DNA from: Bacilli bacterium
GTDB taxonomy: Bacteria > Bacillota_I > Bacilli_A > RF39 > UBA660
Assembly: GCA_017511805.1 (NCBI GenBank)
Contig: JAFWJA010000013.1
Coordinates: 594-64,593, forward strand
Direction: 5' to 3'
DNA: 64,000 bases
The translations under genes and the position numbers were made by a program. This document shows positions 62,753 through 64,000 of this stretch, one piece after another (positions within the stretch are counted from its first letter, which is position 1; each line of letters starts with the position of its first letter). Under the pieces are notes generated by a model. The model was not told the origin of the DNA. It worked only from the letters and a program-made list of their open reading frames with translations, and made no database searches.

Positions 62753-63863
62753 TTTTTTCTCCTTTAATACTATTATCTAGTTCTCCTTTTCTAGATATAT
62801 TTACATTAGTATTTATATATAGTTTATATTCTTCATTATTATAATCCGGATATTCTAAATAGATTAATCTTTTTAAACCAAGAAATTCACTTTTAGAACT
62901 ATCTTGTACTTTTAATACTTTATCAATATATTCTTTTAATTTATCTTCAGTTTTAGACTCTAATTCTTTTATAGTATCTTCATTTATATCTTTATTACAG
63001 TTATATTCATTTAAATTACCATTACTATTAATATCTATTTTTATTTTATTTTTATTAACATCGTATTTAGTTTCACTTTTTATAATAGAAATAGATGCAT
63101 AGTTATCACCACATTTTATTGGTACAATTAATTCATTTATATTATTTCTAACTAGATTATAACCAATAGTTTCTTCTTCGTTTAAATATCTTTCTAATTT
63201 ACCATTACTTGTAATCCCTATATTACTAAGTACAATTTTAGTATCAGGATCAGTCGTTTTAGTATTATCTAAACTAGTACCCTCATCATTAAAATTTTCT
63301 ACTTCAATTACTGATACAACTGGATCAATATAATCTTTTAAATAAAATGAAACAAATTCATCTAACTTAGAAGAATAGGTAAGAGCGCTATCAAGATAAG
63401 CACTATCTATTTCATTTTTAACAAAGTCTGCAGGTATTGTTCCGCCCGAAGTCATAACCTTAATAACATCAACAGCCTTTATATTTTTAGAAATAGTAAT
63501 ATTAAATTCAGTTTTAATTTCAGGTAATCTTTGAAATAAATCAATAACGTCTATAATACTATCTTTCGCTACTTCTTCTGATATAACTAATTTGCTTAAA
63601 TGACCTCCAAATAACTTTTTATCTGCTTTATTAGTCATATTTCTAAGTGCTTCTTCAATAGTATTACCTTCTTCAGTATATACAATTACTTTACTAGAAT
63701 CAGTATCTTCATTTTTTATATTCATAACCTGCGCACCAACTATATATTTATTATCTTCTTTATCTATTGAAATAGATGAAACTATTCCAATTTTATTTAA
63801 TTCTTTATAGTTATAACAACCAGTTAAAAATATAATTAGAATTATTATTAATATCTTTTTCAT
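62745..63863 (-). CDS. Spore germination receptor C subunit (Ger(x)C-family lipoprotein)
   Basis: MKKILIIILIIFLTGCYNYKELNKIGIVSSISIDK, i.e. a lipobox followed by the typical GerAC N-terminus. Confidence 0.8.
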   Translation of the reverse strand: MKKILIIILIIFLTGCYNYKELNKIGIVSSISIDKEDNKYIVGAQVMNIKNEDTDSSKVIVYTEEGNTIEEALRNMTNKADKKLFGGHLSKLVISEEVAKDSIIDVIDLFQRLPEIKTEFNITISKNIKAVDVIKVMTSGGTIPADFVKNEIDSAYLDSALTYSSKLDEFVSFYLKDYIDPVVSVIEVENFNDEGTSLDNTKTTDPDTKIVLSNIGITSNGKLERYLNEEETIGYNLVRNNINELIVPIKCGDNYASISIIKSETKYDVNKNKIKIDINSNGNLNEYNCNKDINEDTIKELESKTEDKLKEYIDKVLKVQDSSKSEFLGLKRLIYLEYPDYNNEEYKLYINTNVNISRKGELDNSIKGEKNE

Positions 63864-64000
63864 AGTTTCTCCTTTATATAATCGTAACTAAAGCTTTTTA
63901 TTGAACATATTCTAGTAAAGAATAAAACTGTTCCTATAAATATTCCATATAATCCAGTAAAAGAACCAAGTATTAAAAATATTAATTTCCATATTCTAAT
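63860..64000 (-). CDS. Spore germination receptor A subunit (GerA family), 3' end only; runs off the right edge
   Basis: The reverse strand reads ...IRIWKLIFLILGSFTGLYGIFIGTVLFFTRICSIKSFSYDYIKEKL*, with its TGA overlapping the GerC ATG (ATGA). The C-terminal ...S[FL].Y.Y pattern is typical of GerAA/KA. Confidence 0.6.
   Translation of the reverse strand: MRIWKLIFLILGSFTGLYGIFIGTVLFFTRICSIKSFSYDYIKEKL

Overview
Strongly AT-rich chromosomal segment from an endospore-forming Bacillota (Firmicutes) organism, judged from a ger receptor operon, miaB-ymcA synteny and a Firmicutes-type elongator tRNA-Met. Housekeeping genes (murF, miaB, mscL, mtnN, murD, murC, ogg) alternate with surface-protein genes. 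The main feature is a same-strand locus of about 29.6 kb (about 8.66-38.3 kb), bracketed by terminators. Two paralogous genes bound it, each fusing a polytopic membrane domain to a SipW-type (Ser/His) signal peptidase; the second copy looks catalytically degenerate. Inside are two paralog pairs of small membrane proteins, two small exported proteins, and one uninterrupted 23,178-nt ORF (7,725 aa). All three exported proteins share the same N-terminal signal-anchor plus a module of about 185 aa, which I tentatively call TasA/camelysin-like. The rest of the giant protein consists of Listeria-Bacteroides repeats, about 11 beta-helix-like modules each capped by an F/Y-Y-D/N-G-x-[ILV]-x-G motif, and nine copies of a glycine-rich W-G-A-Q-G-G domain. 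That domain matches my recollection of the ALK/LTK-type glycine-rich domain family. I read the locus as a candidate undescribed SipW-dependent fibre/adhesin assembly system. Other points of interest: a 5'-partial surface protein ending in a tyrosine-phosphatase-like domain; a wall-anchored protein with an atypical MPHTG sorting signal; an untracked 32-codon ORF ahead of an ABC exporter; a small gene set next to tRNA-Met in which the tRNA and three following genes end in near-identical terminator hairpins; and an HPt / receiver / tandem-RelA-SpoT protein next to a VTC-DUF4956-beta-helix cluster. All domain calls are by-eye motif recognition, and all sub-gene coordinates are approximate. No CRISPR array, rRNA or clear mobile element was seen.
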